This document shows, piece after piece, positions 16,487 to 22,465 of a stretch of 29,871 nt of DNA (the first letter of the stretch is position 1; each line of letters begins with the position of its first letter). The position numbers and the translations under genes were made by a program. Source of the DNA: a virus. The notes under the pieces were generated by a model. The model searched no databases. It was given only the letters and a program-made list of their open reading frames with translations, and was not told the origin of the DNA. The stretch lies in the IMG/VR virus record IMGVR_UViG_3300045988_052173; one strand, given 5' to 3'.

Positions 16487-16777
16487 TTAGAAGAGCTGTT
16501 TGATTTCGTTGATGGCGTCGATGATGTTGAAGTCCGGGTCCATGATGTCGAGGTGGACTGTCACGTCGGGTGGGAGTTCGGTTTTTCCGGTGTCGTAGGA
16601 TGTCGCGTTGAGGGTTCCCGGTTCGGTTTCGTCTTCCGAGATGTATACGACGATGGGTGAATCCTTTTTGGTGATTGTGATGTATTCCGTGTCTTTGGTG
16701 AGGTGTTCGCCGTATTCGTGGGGGAGGGTGTCGGTGAGTGTTTTGAAGAGGATGTGTAGGTTGTCGTTCTTGTTCAT
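16487..16777 (-). CDS. Hypothetical acidic protein (96 aa)
   Basis: I prefer the start at MNKNDNLHILF, which has AAAAGGAAAA upstream. It has weak similarity to 16156..16455 (MN-N-N, DTL and ITK-S..Y-I segments). Confidence 0.65.
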   Translation of the reverse strand: MNKNDNLHILFKTLTDTLPHEYGEHLTKDTEYITITKKDSPIVVYISEDETEPGTLNATSYDTGKTELPPDVTVHLDIMDPDFNIIDAINEIKQLF

Positions 16778-16831
16778 TTTGGTTTTCCTTTTGTTTGGTG
16801 GCTTGGTGTTTCCCTTTGCCTGATATCTAAC

Positions 16832-16837
16832 ACTATA
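16832..16837 (-). promoter_or_regulatory. Putative -10 TATAGT (minus strand)
   Basis: This is the reverse complement of actata. The conserved TCAGGCAAAGGG box at 16812-16823 follows after 8 nt. Confidence 0.35.
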
Positions 16838-16870
16838 CCCACAATCGTGGTAGGACACGCCGGTGGGGTG

Positions 16871-16905
16871 AAAAAAAGGCGGCACGCTTTTTTACGCGTG
16901 TCGCC
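16871..16905 (-). terminator. Intrinsic terminator after the DnaC-like gene
   Basis: On the minus strand, GGCGACACGC-8 nt-GCGTGCCGCC (one mismatch) is followed by TTTTTTT. Confidence 0.7.
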
Positions 16906-16914
16906 TTGATGGTG

Positions 16915-17763
16915 TCAGAGGCCGAGCAGTGATTTGGCGCTCGCCATTTTGTCTTGTAGCTTCCTGCCGCGCCTGTCCACTCCTTTGACTTCGAGGCAGA
17001 TGCACATCTCCCTTAAACGGCTGAAGACGCGCTGACGGCGGATGTCTCCACGATCGGCGAAGTCCTTTGGCCCGAGGTTGGTGGTGATGATGATCGGCAG
17101 GCCGGCACGGTAGCGTGCGTCGATGACGTTCATCACCTTTTCCCACGTGAAGTCCGAATCGCGTTCCGCTCCCAGATCATCGATGATGAGGAGGTCGAAG
17201 CGGTTGAGGTCGTCGAGATATTTTTGGTCTCCTCCGAATTTTTCGCTGATTCGACTGATGATGCGGCTGAAATTGGTCATCAGGCATGGGGTGCCTTGGT
17301 TGATGAGCTCGTTGGCGATGCATGCCGCGAGGAAGCTTTTGCCGGTGCCTACCTGACCGCAGAGGAGCAGTCCGGTGCCTTGTTTGAGCATGGCGTCGAA
17401 GTTCGCCACGTATTTGCGGGCGATGGTTTCGTTCCGTTGGTCGGTGTGGTCGGATTTGGCGAAGGTCCATTCACGCATTTCCGCGTCTGGGAACCCGGTG
17501 CGTCGCATGCTGTCGAGGTATTGCATGCGGTCTCGTTTGCGTTTTTCTTCGGCTTCTCGTTCGTTCTGTTCGACGCTGCAGTCGCATGCGCAGTGGACGG
17601 TTTTTGTGGTGCCGTCGGGCTTGGTCAGGACGCATTCCTTCTGTGTGTGGCATTTGCCGCACATGAGGAGGCCGTCCTCGTTGCGGTAGTCTCCTTCGTG
17701 TTCCGCGTATTGGCGTGAGGCTCGCGTGTTGATGGTGTTGATGATGTCGATGCCGTTTTCCAT
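16915..17763 (-). CDS. DnaC/IstB-like AAA+ helicase loader with N-terminal Cys-rich (zinc-ribbon-like) region
   Basis: Walker A is GQVGTGKSF and Walker B is DLLIIDDLGAE. The PIIITTN motif is present. The N-terminus has CGKCHTQKEC...HCACDC. Confidence 0.85.
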   Translation of the reverse strand: MENGIDIINTINTRASRQYAEHEGDYRNEDGLLMCGKCHTQKECVLTKPDGTTKTVHCACDCSVEQNEREAEEKRKRDRMQYLDSMRRTGFPDAEMREWTFAKSDHTDQRNETIARKYVANFDAMLKQGTGLLLCGQVGTGKSFLAACIANELINQGTPCLMTNFSRIISRISEKFGGDQKYLDDLNRFDLLIIDDLGAERDSDFTWEKVMNVIDARYRAGLPIIITTNLGPKDFADRGDIRRQRVFSRLREMCICLEVKGVDRRGRKLQDKMASAKSLLGL

Positions 17764-17841
17764 GGTTTGGTTCCTTTTTGTTGTTTATGACAATGTTATC
17801 TCATGTGTCGTCGGCATTGTACTGCCGGCGTGTTGCGGGGG

Positions 17842-18687
17842 TTAGAAGACGCAGTTTTTCAGCCATTCTTCGTCTGCTTCCCTTTGTTTGCGTTCCTCTT
17901 CTTCTGTGAGGTCCCAGTGTGGCTGTTGTGATTGCTGTCGAGGCTTCTGCTGGTATCCGTTGTTTCGGTAGTTTTCGATTGGGAAGAAGCCGCTCCAGCC
18001 GCGGCAGACGATCTCGTCGAGGTACTCGTTGACGCTCATGTGGCTTTCCTGTGCGCGCCTGTCGAGTTTGTCGATGTTGCCTTGGATGGCTCGGTCGGTC
18101 ATTGCGGAACGCTTGGCCTTGCGGTTCTGGAGCCATGCTCCGAGGAGGTCCTTGGTGGTCGGGTCGCTGGTGTAGGCGTCGATGATGGCGTCGAAGCTTT
18201 TGGCTTTGCGGGTCTTTTTCGGTTGTGGCTTCGGTTCCGGGTTGGCGATGGGGATCTGGGGCTGTTCGGTGGTTGTTCCCGTGGCGTCGGCCCATGGGTC
18301 CTGTGCGGCTGCCGGGGCCTGTGTCGGCGTTGGTGCCTGTTCCGTGACCTGTGTCGGTGTAGACGGTATGGCGGTCAGGATGGCGGCGTAGTCGACGGAT
18401 CGGCTGCCATTGTCGTCAATGTGAGGATATTTTGCGATGAGGCCCTTGTTCACGAGTGAGCTGAGGGTCCTGTCGACGGTGTCCAGCGAGCAGCCGCACC
18501 AGTCGGCGATGTATTTACGGCTGCCTCTGAATCTTGATGTGCCGTCCTGTGAGAAACCGTAGATGAGGGCGTAGATGATGAGTGTGTTGCCTTTGAGGTC
18601 GAGCTTGGTGCGCATCCATCCTTGGATTGCGATGAAATTGTTGTCTTTGACGTTCATTTCGTTCACGCTTTTAAAAGTGAATCCCAC
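17842..18687 (-). CDS. Replisome organizer / DnaD-like replication initiation protein
   Basis: The N-terminal wHTH-like segment reads NTLIIYALIYGFSQDG...YIADWCGCSLDTVDRTLSSLVNKGLI. The C-terminal segment LLGAWLQNRKAKRSAMTDRAI...IVCRGWSGFF is typical of phage replisome organizers. The start is uncertain: GTG 18687 or ATG 18657, neither with a good SD. Confidence 0.7.
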   Translation of the reverse strand: MGFTFKSVNEMNVKDNNFIAIQGWMRTKLDLKGNTLIIYALIYGFSQDGTSRFRGSRKYIADWCGCSLDTVDRTLSSLVNKGLIAKYPHIDDNGSRSVDYAAILTAIPSTPTQVTEQAPTPTQAPAAAQDPWADATGTTTEQPQIPIANPEPKPQPKKTRKAKSFDAIIDAYTSDPTTKDLLGAWLQNRKAKRSAMTDRAIQGNIDKLDRRAQESHMSVNEYLDEIVCRGWSGFFPIENYRNNGYQQKPRQQSQQPHWDLTEEEERKQREADEEWLKNCVF

Positions 18688-18789
18688 CGACTGCTACCGA
18701 TGCACCTCAGTGGCAATCAATGGGATTCGTACCATTTCGAGCTGTACCTCCATTCAAGCGGGTGCACACTCGGAATGGCGTATGTCTTT

Positions 18790-18798
18790 AGTATAACA
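18790..18798 (-). promoter_or_regulatory. Extended -10 promoter TGtTATACT (minus strand)
   Basis: This is the reverse complement of agtataaca. It is followed by a ~95-nt leader before the replisome organizer gene. Confidence 0.5.
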
Positions 18799-18871
18799 CG
18801 TTTTTTGGATGACACGCCGAGATTTTGTGTATTTCGTATCGTTGGCGCGGTTTATGTGTGGCGCGCACGCT

Positions 18872-19189
18872 TCAGGCGAGGTCGTTGAACCTGTCGTCCG
18901 GCACCGGCGCATAGGACTTGATGACTTTGGTGTAGGTGTCGAAGCATGCTGATTCGATAAGCCCGAAGCGTTGGAGTTTATGAAGGATGGAACGGACCGT
19001 TTGGGGGTTCATGTACGGGAAGGCCTCCTCGAATCGGCTTTGGGGGAATTCCACCCAGAACCTTCCGTCGTGGCATTGCGTCCATTCCGTCGCATTGGCT
19101 TTGCAGGCGTCCACGATGAACTGGTAGACGATGGCCGTACTGATTCCGAGGTCCCCCGCGATTTCAGTGTTGAAATATTGCTCGCTCAT
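18872..19189 (-). CDS. Putative wHTH DNA-binding protein (DnaD N-terminal-like)
   Basis: 105 aa. Segments IAGDLGISTAIVYQFIV and MNPQTVRSILHKLQRFGLI look HTH-like. Confidence 0.6.
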   Translation of the reverse strand: MSEQYFNTEIAGDLGISTAIVYQFIVDACKANATEWTQCHDGRFWVEFPQSRFEEAFPYMNPQTVRSILHKLQRFGLIESACFDTYTKVIKSYAPVPDDRFNDLA

Positions 19190-19191
19190 GG

Positions 19192-19440
19192 TCAGTTCTC
19201 CTCGATGAAGGAGCTGAAGAGGCCGCGGTTGTAGAGAATGCCACTAAGCTTCGACAATGCGGTCACCGGATTGTCATACTCGTTGCATGCGATGTCCCAT
19301 GCTTCGAGTACCTCCTCATCACCAAACCTCGTGCACAGGCCTGCGAAGAACTTACGTGACTTTTTCCCACCTACCTCACTGAAGTGGACGCCGTACCGTT
19401 CAACAAGAGAACTGCCAATGGTTTCATAAACACTCATCAT
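19192..19440 (-). CDS. Hypothetical protein, possibly a DnaD C-terminal-like domain
   Basis: 82 aa with an AAGGA SD. It is the first gene of the leftward early operon. The segment EEVLEAWDIACNE...ALSKLSGILYNRG resembles the DnaB_2/DnaD repeat. Confidence 0.6.
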   Translation of the reverse strand: MMSVYETIGSSLVERYGVHFSEVGGKKSRKFFAGLCTRFGDEEVLEAWDIACNEYDNPVTALSKLSGILYNRGLFSSFIEEN

Positions 19441-19471
19441 GTAATCCTTTCATAGACTTGACGTTACTTCA

Positions 19472-19480
19472 AGTATACCA
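19472..19480 (-). promoter_or_regulatory. Extended -10 promoter TGgTATACT (minus strand) for the leftward early operon
   Basis: This is the reverse complement of agtatacca. The inverted repeat ACTTGA-7 nt-TCAAGT (19456-19474) overlaps the -10 and +1 positions, so it is a possible operator. Confidence 0.5.
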
Positions 19481-19559
19481 CAAAGCCGTAAAGAACACCG
19501 AAGGACAAACCACTCAAACGTACCCCGTAACCTCACGTCCCAACCCTCGTAACCACCCA

Positions 19560-19995
19560 ACCACCACCACCCTCCTGAGTTTCTTGAGGGAGGGAGCGAG
19601 CTCTGGTAGAGAGAGTAAGCCTTAAGAGCTGAAGATTTTGAGTGCTTCAGGTTAAGACTTAATGACTGTTTCCGTCGGTCGGTCGTTCGCACGGCGTCGG
19701 TCATAAGAGTGGCGCATTACTACCACTGGTGCGGCATACCCCATCGAGTCGCGCTACATCAGTGATGTGATGATGTCGGCACCCCGGTTATTCCATCATC
19801 GCTCGATGGGTCGGTTGAACATGCACCTCTAACGTGTGTATCAACGAGGGTTAGTCGTCGTCCCATTAACCCAAAGCAAGGACTGTCGCTGGGGAGTTGT
19901 CGTGCCTCCGCACCCAGTAAAAAAGATGGTAGACTGGATTTTCGGTTGTTTACTCACCCCATCATAGCACATCGTGCCGTGATGGGGTTTTCTAT
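19560..19995 (+). ncRNA. Candidate structured non-coding RNA (left part of the ORF-free island)
   Basis: No credible ORF. Helices are 19740-19748/19802-19810 (9 bp, enclosing nested hairpins) and 19848-19855/19865-19872 (8 bp, with a G-U pair valid only in the plus sense). The segment ends at a plus-strand intrinsic terminator. No promoter was identified. Confidence 0.35.
19957..19995 (+). terminator. Intrinsic terminator (plus strand) inside the ORF-free island
   Basis: CCCCATCA (19957-19964) pairs with TGATGGGG (19980-19987), with an inner GCAC/GTGC stem, followed by TTTTCTATT. Confidence 0.75.
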
Positions 19996-20490
19996 TACAC
20001 CATCCACGGCATCCCTTCCCCTACGCTTTTCACCGCACATGCCTTCAGAACGCACGTAAAGGCCCCTCAGACCGATTTACACGCCAAACCCGATAACTCG
20101 TCAGGACTCACCCACGACAGCCCGTCAGAAACGCCTTTACGCACGAAAGTGACGTTCCAGCACAAAACAGCACCGAAAAAGCATCGAGGACGCCAAGCAG
20201 CGAGAGGACCACACAAGCCAAGCACGGACCAACTCTCCTCCATGCCCTGACCAGATCGGATATCGGGACCAAGGCCCGAAGGGCAGCATCGAACCCCAGA
20301 CGGTATCCTCCTCGATGCTCAGAGCCATGGAAGGAGCTTCGAAGGCATCAGGTCGGATTCCATGGCTCCATGCCTCAGTCACCGAATCCATCGAGGCTAG
20401 GCTCTCATCGCTCTCAGCTCCCGATCCTTTGGGATTGGGATTGGCTCCCCTCCGGACACGCACGAGGCTCCCCGCGGGAGCCGTCTTACT
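19996..20490 (+). other. Second highly structured ORF-free segment (candidate ncRNA or cis-acting DNA)
   Basis: Helices are 20055-20063/20133-20141 (9 bp), 20180-20190/20309-20319 (11 bp), 20322-20332/20358-20368 (11 bp perfect), 20420-20427/20432-20439 (8 bp, with a plus-sense G-U pair) and 20466-20472/20476-20482 (7 bp). Confidence 0.3.
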
Positions 20491-20536
20491 TAGATTACCC
20501 ATAGAGTATCCAACCTAGATTATCCCACTAGAGTAT
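20491..20536. repeat. Two direct copies of TAGATTA-CCCA-TAGAGTAT (relatively AT-rich)
   Basis: The copies lie at 20491-20509 and 20516-20536, immediately left of the iteron array. Confidence 0.7.
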
Positions 20537-20543
20537 GGTGACT

Positions 20544-20656
20544 GATTTTGCGGCTAGGCCAACCACGATTTTGCGGCTAGGCCAACCCCGATTTTGCGGC
20601 TAGGCCGCTACGAATTTGCGGCCACCACCCTGATTGTGCGGCCGCCACTTATTGCG
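20544..20656. repeat. Iteron-like array: 5 tandem GATTTTGCGGC-type repeats (putative replication origin)
   Basis: Units start at 20544, 20567, 20590, 20612 and 20632, giving periods of 23, 23, 22 and 20 bp. The first three share GATTTTGCGGCTAGGCC. The later units degenerate to GAATTTGCGGCC and GATTGTGCGGCC, with a partial ATTGCG after them. Confidence 0.55.
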
Positions 20657-20664
20657 TCTTGGGT

Positions 20665-20696
20665 GACTGAACAAACAAGGCCCCGGCCAGTCCGGG
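20665..20696 (-). terminator. Putative terminator of the 21.5-20.7 kb leftward unit
   Basis: On the minus strand, CCCGG-actgg-CCGGG (alternatively the longer GGCCCCGG...CCGGGGCC at 20679-20723) is followed by TTGTTTGTT. Confidence 0.5.
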
Positions 20697-20741
20697 AATC
20701 TCTTCCCAAAACCAACCGGGGCCATGCCCATTCTCAGTCCG

Positions 20742-21077
20742 TCACGTCTCCTTGATGCTCATGCCGTACCGTCGTGCGAAGAGCTTGCTCTTGAGCCTGT
20801 ATACGTCGGTTCTCATGCCCTTCACGTCCTCGACGACCGTCTTGCCGTCCTCCACGTAGACGAAGTCGGCCACGTAGTAGACGGGCCGGTAATGCCTACC
20901 GTCCACGTCGAAGGACGGAATGAGCTCATAACGCACCTGACGGCGCAGATCCTCGATGCTCCCGTCCTCCTCCATGCCCTTCAGGACGAGATACCGGTCG
21001 GCTTCCTTACGTGAATCGAAGGTGATGCCGTCCACGGTCGTCTTCTTGGCATGGTATTTGCTTCCACCTCGCCACAT
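20742..21077 (-). CDS. DUF1064-like (PD-(D/E)xK-type) protein
   Basis: The N-terminus SKYHAKKTTVDGITFDSRKEADRYLVLK matches the characteristic DUF1064 opening. A GGAAGG SD is present. Confidence 0.7.
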   Translation of the reverse strand: MWRGGSKYHAKKTTVDGITFDSRKEADRYLVLKGMEEDGSIEDLRRQVRYELIPSFDVDGRHYRPVYYVADFVYVEDGKTVVEDVKGMRTDVYRLKSKLFARRYGMSIKET

Positions 21078-21080
21078 GGC

Positions 21081-21491
21081 TTACCTTCCGGTGCTTCCGA
21101 AGCCGTTGTCGCCGCGTTCCGTCGCATTGAACGCGGAGACCTGTTCCAATGGCTCGCAGACCACCGGGATCACGACCAGTTGCGTGATCTTGTCACCGGC
21201 TTTTACCTCATAGTCCTCGCCTTTATCGTTGTAGAGGTTGACGACGATGCTTCCCGTGTATCCCTCGTCGATGAGTCCGGTGCTGGTGATGCCGTGCTTG
21301 ACATTGAGGCCGCTCTTGCTGACGAGCAGTCCGGCGCATCCGTGCGGTAACGCCACATGCACTCCCGTGTCCACGGCGACGCTTCCGAAAGCCGGGACGG
21401 TCACGGCTTCCGGTGCACGCAAGTCCAGTCCGGCATCGGTGGCGTGGCCCCGTGACGGCTTGTACGCTCCGTCATTCAGAATGATTTCCAT
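21081..21491 (-). CDS. dut: dUTP diphosphatase
   Basis: Motifs seen are ATDAGLDLRAP, GLIDEGYTGSIVVNLYN and ERGDNGFGSTGR. I prefer the start at MEIILNDG, with AAGGAGG 7 nt upstream, over the longer track ORF. Confidence 0.9.
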   Translation of the reverse strand: MEIILNDGAYKPSRGHATDAGLDLRAPEAVTVPAFGSVAVDTGVHVALPHGCAGLLVSKSGLNVKHGITSTGLIDEGYTGSIVVNLYNDKGEDYEVKAGDKITQLVVIPVVCEPLEQVSAFNATERGDNGFGSTGR

Positions 21492-21569
21492 AAGGTTCCT
21501 CCTTGTGATAGAATCGTCGATGTCGGAAAGTTTTTTGGTTTCCCTTTTCGACTGCCTTTCATTGGATAA

Positions 21570-21612
21570 AATAATACCCACCCGGGAAGTCAACCGGGTG
21601 GGTATTATTTTT
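21570..21612. terminator. Strong bidirectional terminator (16-bp perfect stem)
   Basis: AATAATACCCACCCGG (21570-21585) pairs with CCGGGTGGGTATTATT (21594-21609). T-runs follow on both strands. Confidence 0.85.
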
Positions 21613-21623
21613 CCGTATCCGTG

Positions 21624-21842
21624 TCAGCGCTTGCGGTATCCGCCGCTCACGCTCTTGACGAGCCAGTAGAAGAAGTAGATGCCGCCTGTAAGGATGCTGT
21701 ATACGCACACCTTGATGAAGCCGGGGGCCTTCTTCTTGCCGCTGTCATCCGACTGTCCCATCACGTTGTTGATGATGATGGGCTGCTGCGTCGGCTGCTG
21801 GGTCGGCTGGGTTTCCGTCTGGTTGGTGTTCTGCTCGGTCAT
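21624..21842 (-). CDS. Small membrane protein (72 aa, Q/T/P-rich N-terminus, C-terminal TM)
   Basis: AAAGGAA SD is present. The TM segment is FIKVCVYSILTGGIYFFYWLV. The gene has its own promoter and a strong terminator. Confidence 0.7.
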   Translation of the reverse strand: MTEQNTNQTETQPTQQPTQQPIIINNVMGQSDDSGKKKAPGFIKVCVYSILTGGIYFFYWLVKSVSGGYRKR

Positions 21843-21899
21843 TTTTGGTTCCTTTCAATGTTGGTAGGTTTTTGATGTCCTACGTTGTTTGATGTATTC

Positions 21900-21908
21900 A
21901 TAATATCA
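21900..21908 (-). promoter_or_regulatory. Extended -10 promoter TGaTATTAT (minus strand)
   Basis: This is the reverse complement of ataatatca. It is divergent from the plus-strand promoter at 21960-21988. Confidence 0.5.
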
Positions 21909-21959
21909 CGCTCGTCATCGCAACACGCCGAACGGACGACAAGCCACCGCACACGACGG

Positions 21960-21988
21960 TTGCAATCCAAGAAAAACGATGCTATATT
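21960..21988 (+). promoter_or_regulatory. Near-consensus sigma-70-type promoter (TTGCAA-17 nt-TGcTATATT)
   Basis: -35 at 21960-21965, TG at 21980-21981 and -10 at 21983-21988. Confidence 0.65.
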
Positions 21989-21994
21989 GGTACT

Positions 21995-22076
21995 TGCCCT
22001 CATTGTGTCCTGACTTACCTCAGACAAGTGCTCAACCGGATTCCGCACCCCTTTCCTCCGGTTGAGCACTTTTTTT
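21995..22076 (+). ncRNA. Predicted ~80-nt short transcript (sRNA or attenuated leader)
   Basis: The inferred TSS lies about 7 nt after the -10. The transcript runs directly into the terminator at 22028-22076, with no ORF in between. Confidence 0.4.
22028..22076 (+). terminator. Intrinsic terminator (12-bp stem plus T7)
   Basis: GTGCTCAACCGG (22028-22039) pairs with CCGGTTGAGCAC (22058-22069), followed by TTTTTTT. The loop is C/U-rich (CCCCTTTCCT). Confidence 0.8.
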
Positions 22077-22135
22077 ATACCCAAAACCCTACGAGCCGCT
22101 CCACTCATACCAGCAATACACCGATGCGCAAAAAG

Positions 22136-22164
22136 TTGTAAGAATGTTCTAGTCGTTATATAAT
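22136..22164 (+). promoter_or_regulatory. Near-consensus promoter TTGTAA-17 nt-TATAAT
   Basis: -35 at 22136-22141 and -10 at 22159-22164. The ATG at 22172 lies 7 nt after the -10, which implies a leaderless mRNA. Confidence 0.7.
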
Positions 22165-22171
22165 GAGACGT

Positions 22172-22351
22172 ATGAACGCTAAAGATTACACTGCAACAGT
22201 CCCCGAATACGCCCAGCGCTGGAAGCTTAACATCCAGACCGTCCGCCGCTTCATCCGCGAAGGACGACTCCACGCAGTCAAGGTCGGCCGATGCTACTTC
22301 CTCGACCCGGACGTCATCCCGGACAAAGACACCCACCCCTCCAACGAATAA
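22172..22351 (+). CDS. Excisionase-family (HTH_17/MerR-like) DNA-binding protein, probably leaderless
   Basis: The sequence MNAKDYTATVPEYAQRWKLNIQTVRRFIREGRLHAVKVGRCYFLDPDV matches the HTH_17 pattern. The track start at 22163 lies inside the -10 box. Confidence 0.75.
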   Translation: MNAKDYTATVPEYAQRWKLNIQTVRRFIREGRLHAVKVGRCYFLDPDVIPDKDTHPSNE

Positions 22352-22465
22352 AAACAGGCAAACACACATAAAGGAGCCAATCCAACGAACACCGAAATCC
22401 AAACATTCAACTTCAATGCCGCACCGCTGCGCGTCCTGACCGGCGAAAACGGCGAGCCATGGTTC

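Noticed and set aside
16156-16777. The two adjacent ~97-aa acidic proteins as a tandem paralogue pair.
   Set aside because: Only short, scattered matches (MN-N-N, DTL, ITK, Y-I) are visible. They are too weak to claim without an alignment statistic.
20137-20502. 121-aa minus-strand ORF, and the overlapping 67-aa plus-strand ORF at 20315..20518, inside the ORF-free island.
   Set aside because: There is no SD. The C-terminal half is W/R/C-rich and does not look protein-like. The segment is dominated by long RNA-type helices. I treat it as non-coding, though a BLASTP or HMM search could overturn this.
20544-20656. Tandem 20-23 bp repeats considered as a CRISPR array.
   Set aside because: The units are contiguous, with no spacers, and degenerate progressively. 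No cas genes are present. The pattern fits iterons, not CRISPR.
19441-20740. tRNA, tmRNA or group I intron in the non-coding island.
   Set aside because: I found no T-loop (GTTCGAATC-like) or cloverleaf arrangement, and there are no flanking split exons. I could not support any of these classes by eye.
22163-22171. Upstream in-frame ATG at 22163 as the start of the HTH_17 gene.
   Set aside because: It lies within the TATAAT -10 hexamer of the only plausible promoter, so it would not be in the transcript. ATG 22172 fits a leaderless start.
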